A stretch of DNA of 64,000 bases, taken from NCBI GenBank assembly GCA_963768425.1, contig CAVYHV010000015.1:24427-88426 (forward strand), read 5' to 3'. This document shows, piece by piece, positions 1 through 11,700 of the stretch. The notes beneath the pieces were generated by a model. That model searched no databases and was not told the origin of the DNA. It saw only the letters and a program-made list of their open reading frames with translations. The translations under genes were made by a program, and so were the position numbers. The DNA comes from Candidatus Bathyarchaeota archaeon. Lineage in GTDB: Archaea; Thermoproteota; Bathyarchaeia; Bathyarchaeales; Bathycorpusculaceae. Each line of letters starts with the position of its first letter. The stretch's first letter is position 1.

Positions 1-1
1 C

Positions 2-310
2 ATGATGCTTGCTGCAGATGAACAACATCAAGAATTCGGAGTTTTACGTGCTATCGGTGCCAAACCACGCTTTGTTGTGTCAGTTTTGGCGCTTCAAAGT
101 GCAGTTTTGCTTCTTTCAAGCTTCGGAATTGGAATATCTCTTGGAACTATCATAACTATTCTTATTTTGATACAGCAACCCATAGTCACAAGTTTCATGA
201 TTCTGGAAATAACGGGACTACTTTTCGTCGCGCTGGCAGGAATCCTGCTCTTGAGCCTTTACCCGGCGTTCAAGTTGGCGAGAGCTTCAGTTTTGAAAAT
301 TATCACCTAG
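2..310 (+). CDS. ABC transporter permease (FtsX-like) C-terminal part, 5'-truncated by window edge
   Basis: EFGVLRAIGAKPRFV motif followed by hydrophobic helices and a C-terminal LYPAFKLAR. Confidence 0.75.
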   Translation: MMLAADEQHQEFGVLRAIGAKPRFVVSVLALQSAVLLLSSFGIGISLGTIITILILIQQPIVTSFMILEITGLLFVALAGILLLSLYPAFKLARASVLKIIT

Positions 311-1000
311 CTTTTGGAAGGTCCTGTGGAAAAACTTGACGTTTTCTGTGTATATAGATAGTTGGTCTAGGAAGTTTTGCAGCTGCAATATGGGAATTAT
401 CGGGACTTCATAGTAAAATTTGAATGCACTGGGTACAAGCGACAAGACCGCAGGCATAAGCTTAGCTTCGCTCCAACATGCGCATTCAAGTTTTAACGCC
501 GGGTTAGGCAATGAATCTGCCAACGCGCGGGTGCGATTTACCTGCAAATCAACAATTCTCTTCAAAGCCGACGTCGCTATAGAGTGTTGCCAATGTTTGC
601 AGTCGATGCAGACAACCAAAGGTTTCTTGCAGCCAACGATATCCATTTCCCATCGTCTACCTGAACCCTTGAAATGAACGTTATTCGAAACAGCGTACCC
701 GTTCTTTTTTAGAGCGTAAGCCGCAATTTCTTCGAACTCTTGCCAACAAAGCATGTTGCTGATATACTCGATATCTGCACCTAATGACAGTGCTTTGACT
801 GCCATTTTAAGCCTGCTGCCTAGTTCTGGTTCAACACTGCCCTGTTTCAAATAAACAAGGCCTTCGTCTTGAAGTTTACATAGCAATTTTATCATGATAC
901 TTGTAGGCAGATGTGCTTCATTTTTGACAAGTTCAGTTAAAACAGGCCCTTCTTTCGTCAGTTTTAGAAGAGAAATTATCAGATTACGCTCAACACTCAC
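287..1000 (-). CDS. Mrr-like PD-(D/E)xK restriction endonuclease domain protein with N-terminal winged helix
   Basis: WQEFEEIAAYAL...EMDIVG...CIDCKHW catalytic-type motifs; 3' end overlaps the convergent permease. Confidence 0.7.
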   Translation of the reverse strand: MSVERNLIISLLKLTKEGPVLTELVKNEAHLPTSIMIKLLCKLQDEGLVYLKQGSVEPELGSRLKMAVKALSLGADIEYISNMLCWQEFEEIAAYALKKNGYAVSNNVHFKGSGRRWEMDIVGCKKPLVVCIDCKHWQHSIATSALKRIVDLQVNRTRALADSLPNPALKLECACWSEAKLMPAVLSLVPSAFKFYYEVPIIPILQLQNFLDQLSIYTENVKFFHRTFQKLGDNFQN

Positions 1001-1823
1001 AGTTAACCCTCAACAGATTTAACACAAAGCAATCAAAAAACAACAGATTGTTAGCGCAACAGTCCAAATCGGCAAGGCAACTTCCGAGATCGTATACAAA
1101 AGCATCAACAACCCCCACTTTCTAACCCCCAATCAACAAAAGCCATCAGACACAGTCGCCCTTTGGTCATCAACTTTCACTTTTTCTCCTTTTTTGCCGT
1201 GTGCTGGAGAACTGCACTCACTAATTGAAATACTTTCTTTATCCTCTGCAGAAACCGAGGAGAGGGAGCCTTCGCCTAACGAAGAGTTCAGTAGGGAGCT
1301 AAGGCATGGAGCAATTAACAGATTAATGCTTTTTTGGCAAACAAGCACTTCAAATTTTTAACTTTTATATTTAAAAAATACCCATTCGCTTGTTTTTCGC
1401 TAGTTAAAAAAGAGAGTGACAGGGAGAAGCCAGTAATTTTCGTGTAACAGTCGTCCAACAAACCACTAATGGATGCCGTTTTCGTCCCAAAACTGTTTAA
1501 CTTGCTGAAAATAATACCTCAAGGGTCGGCTATTGATCAGCCCAACGCATTTGACGATCAGTTTAACCATCTGCATTCAGTTTTTCAGCTGCTCAGGGCT
1601 GTTTGCTTCCTAATTGCGGTTTCCAAGTTTCACGTATATTTAAGGTTCGCGGATTTTCGATGAAACTGACTGTTTCAAGCAGTTTGAAAAAATAAGCTCA
1701 GGTTGAAAAAATGTGTTTTGGTGATGCTTTTGTATACCGGTAGGTAAAATAGTGACGTAGAACGTGAATTTTATCCTTTAAGAGAAATCAGAAATAAGAA
1801 AAGTGATAGTTTGGTCCAGTTGT

Positions 1824-2024
1824 TTATTTTTCTTTTTCGTGGATTTCGCATTGAAGTTTCTTTATGATTTCGTCAACTCTGAGTGGTTCAATCTTCAGCG
1901 TATAAAGTTGGCGAGGCGTGCGAAGCTTCAACTTAACGTTGTCTTTTAGTCTCTGCACTGAGCAGTATTTTGCTTTGGCGCTCATGGCGACAAACTTATC
2001 AACATCAGTAATTTCAGTTGGCAT
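1824..2024 (-). CDS. rpl38e: 50S ribosomal protein L38e
   Basis: MPTEITDVDKF...VKLKLRTPRQLYTL pattern typical of L38e; 66 aa. Confidence 0.85.
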   Translation of the reverse strand: MPTEITDVDKFVAMSAKAKYCSVQRLKDNVKLKLRTPRQLYTLKIEPLRVDEIIKKLQCEIHEKEK

Positions 2025-2159
2025 ACCCGTTTCCTCAACAGTAGCCTTGAGGATGCAAAGTCGAGTTTTTATTTGTTTTGGTCAGCATATGCCAAGAGAC
2101 AAAATCGAAAACGAAATGACTTTAAAGAAAAGGGATTTTGATTAGATAAGCACTCTTGC

Positions 2160-2360
2160 TTATGGTTTCTTTGATTTGATACCAAGCTTAAGGTTAACTT
2201 CGACGGTGTATTCTTTGTCGCTTTTTCCCACGGCGAAATTCCAGTCTTTCACTTCGACTTCCATGTCTTTGAATTGATTTACAACGGCGTCTTTGTATTC
2301 TTGGGCGGTTTGACCTATCTTCTGCAGTTTCTCAGTTATGTTAATAGATGTTTCAGGCAT
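2160..2360 (-). CDS. small hypothetical protein
   Basis: 66-aa ATG ORF with GGAGGTG upstream; natural-looking composition. Confidence 0.6.
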   Translation of the reverse strand: MPETSINITEKLQKIGQTAQEYKDAVVNQFKDMEVEVKDWNFAVGKSDKEYTVEVNLKLGIKSKKP

Positions 2361-2548
2361 AAATTACACCTCCCAAAAACAGTAGGGTTGTGCTAAAGGC
2401 ATTGAGCGTTAACTGCTTTTAAAAATTTGTGGTTGTGCAGCCACAACAGCAATAACAGTCATTTTTTCTTGGCAAATCTGGAAGCTCATGCGGGGGTCCC
2501 ATTTGATTTTGGTCAGTCCAAAAGCGTTTTCCTAATACAAGCTTGATT

Positions 2549-2866
2549 TTAATGTTCTGGGTGCGTGTGGTTGAAGCCATAGTAAATGGCAACTATAAAC
2601 AAGGCAAGGAAGATGACTTCGATTATGGCTGCGATGATAACTGCTGTTTGGAAGCTTTGTCGTTCTTGGTTTGTGAGATTAATTTGTACAGTTGGCGATC
2701 CTTGGGTTGGATTGGTCCCTGGAATTATGTATTTATAAATTGAGTTATTCGCCGATAAAACTACGATGGCTGGAGGTATTGTCAAAGCTACGATCAGAAA
2801 GACTGCTGCAAGCGCAAAAACACGTTTTCTATGCATAAAAATCCAATATTTATAATTCTTTTTCAA
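2549..2866 (-). CDS. small two-helix membrane protein
   Basis: N- and C-terminal hydrophobic segments. Confidence 0.55.
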   Translation of the reverse strand: MKKNYKYWIFMHRKRVFALAAVFLIVALTIPPAIVVLSANNSIYKYIIPGTNPTQGSPTVQINLTNQERQSFQTAVIIAAIIEVIFLALFIVAIYYGFNHTHPEH

Positions 2867-2956
2867 GGTAATAAGCGTTAGGCTCGGGTGATACTGTTAA
2901 GTCTTTTTGTCATGAATCCTTTTAAGTAGTTTTGGGGGAACTTCTCTTTGAAAATG

Positions 2957-3310
2957 TTAATGACGCCACACTACCTCTAGTATCTGCCACAAAATTGTTA
3001 CGAAAATTATCGCAATACCAAGGTTCATCATAAAAGCAATTGCGATACCCCAAGGGATGCCCGCAAGCGGAAACGATGGCACAGGTCCCGAACTTGGACC
3101 AGTAAAGGAATATTGAATATATGTGTACACTACCTTTCCGAGGAAAGTGACGACGAACCCTTGCGACCAAGTGGAATTTCCTGCACCCGTATCCGTCACC
3201 GTAAATATGTTGTGGCACCCTGCTGGAACCCCCAAGGAAGTCATCGGTAAAGCTAATATTATCCCTACAAGCAAAACGAAAACGAAAGCTCTCATTCTCG
3301 CCCAGACCAA
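2957..3310 (-). CDS. small secreted or membrane-anchored protein
   Basis: signal-like N-terminus and C-terminal TM helix. Confidence 0.5.
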   Translation of the reverse strand: MVWARMRAFVFVLLVGIILALPMTSLGVPAGCHNIFTVTDTGAGNSTWSQGFVVTFLGKVVYTYIQYSFTGPSSGPVPSFPLAGIPWGIAIAFMMNLGIAIIFVTILWQILEVVWRH

Positions 3311-3684
3311 GACTGTCAGTAGTTTTCCAGAGAATAGTTAAACGGCATCCAATAAAGATTTTACGATCATCAACCGAATATTCAGATGAACGCTATTTCA
3401 ACCGAGAACTTCACAGAACCGGCTCGGGTTGATTGCAATCCAATCAGGTTTGCCATCTCTGATAGGTCGGTTAAGACATTTGCTTTTTGAATACTTCGGT
3501 ATGTCCGGGTACAATGACTTTAAGAAAAGTCGTTTTCTAGGTTGGTATGCCTGCTGAATCGATCTAGATCCTGCTTTAACTCAGACGAAATCAAACCAAT
3601 GTACCACGTGTTTGAATGCAGGTTCAAAAAGCATGAATTTTCTTTTGAGACGTGGCGGCTGACCGTAATTCGGAGTAAGTGGAT

Positions 3685-3761
3685 TGGTGGGCCGTACCGG
3701 ATTTGAACCGGTGATCTTCGCCGCGTGAGGGCGACGTCCTAGCCAGCTAGACTAACGGCCC
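3685..3761 (-). tRNA. tRNA-Val(CAC), CCA encoded
   Basis: GGGCCGT/ACGGCCC acceptor, TCGCC-CTCACGC-GGCGA anticodon arm, GGTTCAAATCC T-arm, ACCA end. Confidence 0.95.
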
Positions 3762-3791
3762 AGATGCTGAATTCAAAATACAGAGTTTCCT

Positions 3792-3799
3792 TTCATAAA
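3792..3799 (-). promoter_or_regulatory. candidate TATA box of tRNA-Val
   Basis: TTTATGAA about 31-38 nt upstream of the tRNA 5' end, preceded by a purine-rich BRE-like stretch. Confidence 0.4.
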
Positions 3800-4127
3800 G
3801 CCTTTCCCCTCACAGAGACAATCGATAAGAGGTAACAAAAAAATGCAAGAAAATTTGATGATTTCGTAGACAGACATGAAGGATCCCTAATTTTTGCATG
3901 TTTTTTGGCAAGTGCCACGTTAGGCTACGTTTTAATGCACATTACTAAACTTCATTCATAAACCAACGTTGCATGGGCGTCCAAAAATACTTTGGAGCGC
4001 AATCTGCTTATGCCTTCGATGCTATAGCACAAGCAGATTTCGAGTGTTTTCGTAAAAAGATAATTAATATTTCTGAGGAAACGTTAAATGATTAGGCTCT
4101 CCCATATCCGAGGTCATCCAAAAGAGT

Positions 4128-4201
4128 GCCGAGGTAGCTCAGCCTGGGAGAGCGCTCGGCTGAAGACCGAGTCGTCGCAGGTTCAAACCCTGCCCTCGGC
4201 A
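4128..4201 (+). tRNA. tRNA-Phe(GAA), no encoded CCA; left anchor of the island
   Basis: GCCGAGG/CCTCGGC acceptor, CTCGG-CTGAAGA-CCGAG anticodon arm, GCAGG-TTCAAAC-CCTGC T-arm. Confidence 0.95.
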
Positions 4202-4322
4202 CATTTTTGCTTATTTTCTGCTTGTTTCTTTCCAATTTCTTGGTTCTTCGCAAAGAAAGGGAAAAATACATTCGCTTTGGCTGTTCAAACCTCCAGGACC
4301 ATAATGTGGTCTGAACTCTGCG
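4192..4322 (+). repeat. conserved unit left arm, copy 1 (interrupted by IS1182; resumes at 5959 to about 5985)
   Basis: >90% identical by eye to 28055-28184 and clearly homologous to 19155-19306. Confidence 0.9.
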
Positions 4323-5958
4323 GAGACTGTGTGAAAAGTCTCTTTCTCTGCTGGCTATTTACCGTTAACCTTAAATCTAGACTAGCTTTAGAGCAACAGA
4401 AAGAGCTGAAAAGCCATGAGCGAACACGTAACAGGCCACCACAGAAATCAGTCAGTTCTCTTCCCAAACACCATCGACGATTACGTCGACAAGGAAAACC
4501 CAGTACGATTCATTGACGCTTTTATAGATAGCCTCAACTTAGAGAAGCTCGGATTCAAGCATTCAGTACTCGCAGACACAGGAAGACCATCTTATAATCC
4601 CTCAGACCTTCTCAAACTCTACGTTTACGGCTACCTCAACCAGGTGAGATCAAGCCGAAAATTGGAGAAAGAATGCCACCGCAACGTTGAGGTCATGTGG
4701 CTGATGAAAAAGCTAGCTCCGGACTTCAAAACCATCGCTGACTTCAGAAAAGACAACGTGGACTGCATCAAAGGCGTATTCAAAGAATTCGTTTACCTCT
4801 GCAGGAGCCTGGATCTTTACGGTGCTCAACTGGTAGCGATTGATGGCACCAAATTCAAAGCGGTAAACTCCAAGAGCAACAACCTCAACGAGAAAACAGT
4901 CGCTTTGAGGCTCAAACAAACAGAAGAAAAGATAGCAGAGTACCTCAAAGAAATGGACCAAAACGATACGGCTGATTCAGCTGAAGATGAAAGCGTCAAT
5001 GCCGATGAGCTCAAGGAGAAAATATGCAAGCTTGAAGAGGAAAAGCAACGATACGAGCAGATTCAAGACCAAATGAAGGCAACAGGCCAGAAGGAGGTTT
5101 CACTTGTGGATCCAGATAGCCGTTTGATGCGGGTAGACAGTCAAAGGCTTGAAGTCTGCTACAACATTCAGACATCTGTGGATGCGAAGCAGCATTTAAT
5201 CGTGGATTACGATGTCATCAATAATTCGACTGATCATCACCAGCTAGCGACCGATGCTAAGGCTGCAAAACAGATGCTTGGCGTTGATCAGCTGGAAGTT
5301 TTGAGTGACAAAGGATTCTATGTTGCAAATGACCTCGTTGAATGTGAGGAAGCTGGGATAACGGTGTTTATGCCGATTCCAGCTTTCAATCCTACTAAGA
5401 ATGTAGGGGTGCCGGAGCCCGAGTTTTGCTCTGACAAGTTTGTCTATATGTTGAGCGAGATGCTTATGTTTGTCCTGGCGGGAGTGAGTTGGAGCTTTTG
5501 AGGCGTAGTTATCGAGGAAAAGAGCAATGTTGGGGTGGTCTTTATGGGACGAAATTCTGTCTGTCTTGTTCTTTCAGGAGTAGGTGCACTAGAAACAAGC
5601 GTGGCAGACGCATGTTCAGGCGGAGTATCAAGATGCTGTGGATAGGTTAAGGGCGAGAGTTAGCAGTTCAGATGGAAGAGCGAAGTTCGTTTGAGGCGTG
5701 AAATAGCGGAGCATCCGTTTGGAACTATTAAGCGAGCGTTCAATCAGGGTTATTTGCTTTTGAAAGGGTTACGGAAGGTTAAGGGAGAAGTCGGATTTAC
5801 TATGCTGGCTTATAACATGAGAAGGGCGATCAATATTCTTGGAGTTGGCACGTTAATGGCTTTGATTAAGGCGTAAAAAAGATAGTAAAGAACAAACGCA
5901 TCTAAGAGCTTGGGTGGGCAAATAATGAGGCTTTAGCTATGAGTTTTGACACAGTCTG
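4323..5958 (+). mobile_element. IS1182-family insertion sequence, 1636 bp
   Basis: TIRs GAGACTGTGTGAAAAGT / revcomp CAGACTGTGTCAAAACT; 4-bp TSD TGCG (4319-4322, 5959-5962); empty site seen at 28174-28191. Confidence 0.9.
4416..5876 (+). pseudogene. IS1182 transposase, split by about three 1-nt deletions (near 5447, 5620, 5683)
   Basis: GRPSYNPSDLLKLYVYGY, APDFKTIADFR, AIDGTKFKA, DKG, EHPFGTIK motifs; reading frames rejoin with single-base additions. Confidence 0.85.
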
Positions 5959-6061
5959 TGCGGGGTTCAAAACCCATAGAGACCTGAACCGTTATGGCAC
6001 GAAAACTTTTGGATTCGACCCTAGCGCGAAGAGGCTTAGGAAAAAGCCTGCCCATTTTGCC

Positions 6062-6616
6062 TCAGAGTCCTAACTCAATCAATTTGAGCAAACTGCCGAT
6101 TTGTATAGCGTCACTTCCGGTCACCAATTGCGAAAACGTCGGTTTCGCATTCAAACCAATAGTGACCACCTTGCCACCTCCATAAGAGATAGTAACGGTT
6201 AATCCTTTGTCCCTCAATTCCTCAGCAACTTTTCTTGCTTGGCTTAAGCTGCTCCACAATGATGCTCTGCCATTCCCCAACCCGCTTAGCACCTTCTTGA
6301 CGAAGTGTTTGTCGATTAAATCAAGGCTGAATTCTTTGTTTTCCGCCTTAAGTTGCAGAGTTTCCCGTCCATTTATCGTGACTGCTAGTTCGCCTTTCCT
6401 AAAAACGTGTCCCAGCAAATTCGGCAACTTCAGGTCCGAGCCAGGTTTTTTCTCTTTGACGATAGCGAGATCGAGGACAACGAAGCCATCGAGCTTGGTT
6501 TTCAATGTGCCCGCTTCAAGGGTTAGGTCGTGAAAGGTCACCTTAAAGTCGGATTCTTTTCCTGCAAGTTTGTCCATGAATTTCATGAATGTGGTGCTGA
6601 AATTTTCTGTTGCCAC
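6062..6616 (-). CDS. hypothetical protein
   Basis: 184-aa ORF with natural composition; function not recognised. Confidence 0.6.
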   Translation of the reverse strand: MATENFSTTFMKFMDKLAGKESDFKVTFHDLTLEAGTLKTKLDGFVVLDLAIVKEKKPGSDLKLPNLLGHVFRKGELAVTINGRETLQLKAENKEFSLDLIDKHFVKKVLSGLGNGRASLWSSLSQARKVAEELRDKGLTVTISYGGGKVVTIGLNAKPTFSQLVTGSDAIQIGSLLKLIELGL

Positions 6617-7155
6617 AGCCGAACACTATCTAAGCAAGATGTTAAAGTAACAATAAATTAAATTTATGAATCGTCCATTCATGAAAATCATGGCATGGGT
6701 AAGATACAGATTGTTCCAGCAATGCGTTTGTTATAGCAATCAATGAGATTAATGGTTTAGCTATGTCGTTTTCAGAGATATATTTCAGTCTATAGCAACA
6801 AAGTCAAAAGACAATACGCTGCAGTTCAATTTCTTCGGAGATATTTCAGATTTTTCTTCTATTAATTAAGCTTTACAAGGACATTCTCAAGGCGACTTCT
6901 TCTGAAAATACTCAGCTAAATCCCGCATTCGAACCAAAACAGAAATTGCTGCCTACAACAAACACTTTGCAACAAAGGCAGCGCCTTTCTAGGCATAAAT
7001 CTTATTCAAACCCACTATGTTTTATATTATTTCATCTTGATCATAAATTAAGTAACACAAAGGTTTTTTACGCCTTGTTTTTTGCGCCGTACTCGTCTTC
7101 AAGAATCAGCGCTCACTAGAAATTCTTCGATTAGAAAACAATGCGGGATGTCAAT

Positions 7156-7380
7156 TTAGAACATTCGCCCATTTCTTGTTTTGTTAACGTAATCTATCAA
7201 ACTGAATTCCAAAACGCCGCCGAAGCAGTTGGCTATCAACCATGTCCAAGCTCCAAAAGTGTTGAAGGCAAGCCAAAAAATAACGGTGCCTACCAGAAAT
7301 GTTATCGTGCCAACAAGATTATACTTAACGAATCGTAAAACCAAGTTACCTACCCTGTTGTGCAAAGCAAAATTGATCAT
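7156..7380 (-). CDS. GtrA-like small membrane protein
   Basis: RFVKYNLVG...WLIAN...FSL pattern; likely start at ATG 7380. Confidence 0.5.
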   Translation of the reverse strand: MINFALHNRVGNLVLRFVKYNLVGTITFLVGTVIFWLAFNTFGAWTWLIANCFGGVLEFSLIDYVNKTRNGRMF

Positions 7381-8107
7381 CCTTTTCTTAAAGCTCAAAC
7401 GGTCGCACAACACATTGCTGTCGCATATATTAACTGTCACGATATATTACCAAGATAGTAATATATCAAAACCTAAACATAACCTTTTCAATGAGCGATG
7501 AAAACAACTGTTGTACACCTGGTCATTAAAATATAGACAAGATAAGCATTCTGAAGGAAAAAAACCATCAAATTTAACTGAAAAGTGCAAAAGCTAGGCA
7601 GTAGTCGCGTTGTACAATAAGATGAGACTAAACCTTTCTCGGCGTCTTCGTAGTGGTGAATTACCCCCGCGAGGATTTTGTGTTTGGATTCGTTGATGCA
7701 ACGGTTGGTTCAATTGAATTATCAATTGTGGCAAAATTTTTTTTCGTTGATCTTTAGGTTTTCTTGCCTACTTTTTACAGATGTTACTACGTCCAAGAAC
7801 ATGGCTAAACGATCACCCATGCCCAACTCTTAAGATGAGTATCTAAACTTCCCACCGACCATCTTATCACAGCCATCGATAGGTATAGTGTACGAGCACT
7901 AACGCTGCAGAAAAAAGTTGTGAAAAGAAATGGAAAAAATCGGCGTTATCCACGCCAAATCAACGGTCATTCATAACGAATACTAAATAATTTTAGGCTG
8001 CAAATGAAGTGGGCTACTTTTTTTGAGTTTCGGCATAATACTGACGCTAAATACATAAGACATAAGGGCTTCTTAAATTCAACGATTCCATAGATGACTC
8101 TGGAAAA

Positions 8108-8473
8108 ATGGGGCCCAAGAACGAACATATAACTTTGTGGATATTGGATCAAGACCGCAAAGAAAATCGAGAACGCAGAAAAGCAGAAAATGCTCAAAAA
8201 AATCAGATGGATGCTGTTGAAGGCAAAAACCATTGTTCCAAGTGCAAGAAGACTTTTGACGAACCCAAGATAGTCCTAGTTTGCCCTCATTGCTTGAGCA
8301 AAATAGAAGAAAAAGGCAAAACAGGCTGCCAATACTGGTTGGGTTTTCTGAACCAAAAAGAAAAGACCGAATCAATCCCACAGGAATGTGTTGAATGTCC
8401 AAGAGTTTTGGAGTGCATGCTTAGCCAAGAAAAATCTGCAAGCGCAGTTTCAGAAATTCGTAAATGGTACTGA
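8108..8473 (+). CDS. Cys-rich zinc-finger protein
   Basis: CSKC, CPHC, GCQYWLG and CVEC...C motifs. Confidence 0.65.
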   Translation: MGPKNEHITLWILDQDRKENRERRKAENAQKNQMDAVEGKNHCSKCKKTFDEPKIVLVCPHCLSKIEEKGKTGCQYWLGFLNQKEKTESIPQECVECPRVLECMLSQEKSASAVSEIRKWY

Positions 8474-8519
8474 GTTGCCAAGATTTGCAGATATCCGGCT
8501 CATTTACGCCTTTGCTGTT

Positions 8520-8723
8520 TTACCCAGATGCCACCGAAACTACGCGACCCATGAGATCTTCGTCTTGCTTTAAGTTTAGATACTTATCGATACCTTTAAT
8601 CTCTAAAGACAACTCTTCTCTACCGTGCCCTAACATCTCAACAGCCGCATTGTTAACGTCAATAAAGTTTTCTTAAAGATCGATGACCCATATGGATTCA
8701 TCCATGCCTTTAATCAGCTTCTT
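8520..8723 (-). pseudogene. degenerate extra PAS domain downstream of the TrmB-PAS gene stop
   Basis: translates as KLIKGMDESIWVIDL*ENFIDVNNAAVEMLG..., paralogous to NLVNGMTETIWIIDFEGNFIDVNDAAVKTLG inside the gene; frameshift plus in-frame stop. Confidence 0.65.
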
Positions 8724-11700
8724 TTAAGTTGCCTCACTTTCTCTTAAAGCTGCCTCTTTTTTCTTGTCGACTGAAATATCTCTTGCAGTGATTAGCGAAA
8801 GTTCTTCATTATTAGTTTCAAGCAAAGAAACGGAAAATAGAACGGGAAAAATTTCCCCATTTTTTCGCCTAAAATATGATTCTTTGTTTCTTACTTTTCC
8901 TTCTTTGTTTAACATCAAAGTAATCCTTTCTCTATCAGAAGGGTCCGCCCAAATGTTAAGCTCTAAAGCACACTTACCAATAACTTCTTGCCTGGAGTAG
9001 CCAAACATTTCCAAAAAAATATCATTACACTCAACTATTAAGGAACCTCTTAATGTAGTAATCATAAAAGCATCTAGACTGGTTGAAAATGCTGTCCTAA
9101 GCCTTTCTTCACTTTCAATTAACGCTTGTTCAGCCTTCTTGCGTTCAGTGGTGTTTCGGGCTATGCTTAGAACTGCCCGCTTTCCACCGTATGTTATGAG
9201 ACTTGAGCTAATCTCCACCGGAATTTCTTGTCCATCCTTAGTAACGTGAATTGTTTCAAAAACCCGATTCCTAACAGAAGGAATTTCACCAAGCCTTTTT
9301 CTAATTTGCTCTGGGCTCATGATCTTATCAATGCCGCTAACACCAATACGCATCAACTCTTCTTTAGAATAGCCCAATGTTTTAACCGCGGCATCATTCA
9401 CATCAATAAAGTTTCCCTCAAAATCAATAATCCAGATAGTTTCAGTCATGCCGTTAACTAAATTTCTATAATTTGCCTCGCTCTCCGCTAAGGCTTCTTC
9501 AGTTTTTTTGCGTGTGGTAATGTCGTGAGCGACAACGAAAGCGCAATCAAGTTCGTTGTTTGTGTATTTCAATTTCGCATTCAAGGTTGCCCAAATGGAA
9601 CGACCGTCTTTCGTTATTACTCCAAATTCAACGTTTGGGTCTATTTTTTCTCCAGTTATGCTTTTTCTAAATATTTCTCGGAAGCGTTCTTTGCTCTCAG
9701 CGTTAAGAAGGTCAAAAGGACTCATAGAAAGCAATTCTTTTTCCGAGTAACCCGACAGAGCGCACATATAGTCGTTAACACTTTTGAACTGGAGACTCTT
9801 GCAGTCGATTTCATAGATAGCGGCTGGAGCGTATTCTGCAAGATGGCTGTATTTTTCGTCTTCTTCCCGCAGCTTCTCCTCTGCCAAAGTTTTGGACAAA
9901 GCCAAAGCCAAATGGTCAGCTATCCTTTCCCACATCTGAATAGCTTCGAGAGAAAACATGTTCTTCCGCTTACTATTTAACTGAAGCAACCCCAATCGAT
10001 TGTTACCGACATGCAACGCAAGCAACGCAACCGACTCATAGCCTTCTCCGTTGCAACGGTTGCGAGTTCGAATTTGACGGTCCGCATCAGATGTTGTAGC
10101 AAGAAGCCGCGCGGTATCGTTTGACCAAAAGCTTCCCTTTTCAGTAAAGAATTTTTTTGAAGGGTCGAATCTTCCGCACAAAATGTTTTCACACATGCAT
10201 TCGATAACTGGGTCACCTTTCAAGTCTCGAATTAAATTGCCAGCAGCGTCCCTAGCGACAAAGTTTGTCCTCTAAGTAAGACGTGTTCAGGAGGAAAGCC
10301 TCTAGTTTCATAATAAGGATAATCATCTCCGTCTTTGAGCCTAATTCCTACCCCCTCGCAACCTGATTGTTTTTGGAAGAACTCAAGGGAAGCAGTAATC
10401 AAATCCCTGGTACCAAAGTTGCATTAGTGATTTTCAGAAACTGGATCATTATCTCGCGTTCAGTTTCAGCTTTTTTGCGTTCAGTTATATCGATGATTGA
10501 TCCTTCCAGTATTCCCTCTTCAGGATAAAGCTTCAAAGCCGTAAGACAGAGTCTAGCTTCGCTTTGCTTGTTTAGCATTTTGCATTCGAAATCTTCGACA
10601 AAGCCATTGGCTTTTAGTCGGTTAACCATGTCTATTCTTTCAACTGGGTTAGCCCAAAGAGTAAGCGATGATTTACCTATTATTTCGTTCCGCCTGCGGC
10701 CAAAAATGCGGAGAAACTTTTCGTTGCAGTCAAGAATTTCAGATCCATCTAACTTGGTCCTAAACATTCCTGCTTCGGAGTTTTCGAAAATACTCCTATA
10801 CTTTACTTCACTTTTCCTCAGTCCTTCCTCAGCTTTCTTGCGTTCAGTAATGTCATTCGCGTAAATGTTTACGTAGCCTTCGACAATGACAGGTGCAAAT
10901 AACATCGAAAATACTTTTGCGCCATAGATCTGTTCACGCTCAATTTTAATGTTGGATTTTAGACAGTCAGCAACAAGTTGATTTATGTCGTCAGGTGCAC
11001 GTTCGCCAACTTTGATATTCCACTCGTTCAACAATAAAAGTGCAGCTGCATTTCCATAAAGAATTGTGCCTTCTCCTTTAATACGAAGCACGGGCAAAGG
11101 ATTCTCAGAAGGAAACTTTGATAAACTTTTGATTTTGTCTTCTTGTCGCTTAAGTTCAGTTATATCATCAAAGATTGAAACGAAATACCCGTTTTCTGGG
11201 CTATAGGTAAGTATGGAAAAACATCTTTCTGAACCTTGAAAGCAATATTCGAACCTTGCTGATTTACCATGGGAGATTATTGGCCAATATGTTGCAAGTA
11301 AATCTGTAAGATTCTTCGTGATTCCGCCAGGGAAAACATTTGTGCCTCGTTCTCCTAAGACGTTTTTCTCTATTCCAGTGATTCTTTTAAATGCAAGGTT
11401 TGTTTCCAATATAATAAAATCGATTGGTTTTCTATCTAATCCAAAAATTATTTTGTTGTAAGAAAAACCGCTATTTAGGTTAGCAAATAAGTAATCAAAT
11501 TGTCGTCGATCCCGTCTAAACGCCTTATTTTGGGGAATACTCGCCAAGAACCACGCTGCATTAAAATAGCTTTGAGCTAATTCTACCAAGCAAGGATTAT
11601 TTGAAAAAACCGCATCACTCTTGCTTTCCACAAGTTTCATTGAGGTCGTGAGAAGAATTTCTTTGTCATCGTATAGTCTAAGCCAAACTTCAAGTGGGGT

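Noticed and set aside
3340-3684. Possible gene remnant, or att duplication of tRNA-Val(CAC), downstream of that tRNA
   Set aside because: All frames are interrupted with no convincing motif, and I found no copy of the tRNA-Val(CAC) 3' end in 1-3684.
4088-4516. 142-aa ORF over tRNA-Phe, and other antisense or overlapping ORFs (e.g. 9525-9980, 27454-27885, 42936-43424, 52510-52842)
   Set aside because: They overlap a tRNA, repeats or well-supported genes in another frame or strand and show no recognisable motifs.
5440-5690. Programmed frameshifting in the IS1182 transposase
   Set aside because: Three separate 1-nt deletions are needed and no slippery heptamer with a stimulatory structure is evident.
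10224-10420. Selenocysteine or pyrrolysine readthrough, or introns, explaining the split genes
   Set aside because: The junctions are frame changes fixed by one base, not in-frame TGA/TAG codons or spliceable inserts.
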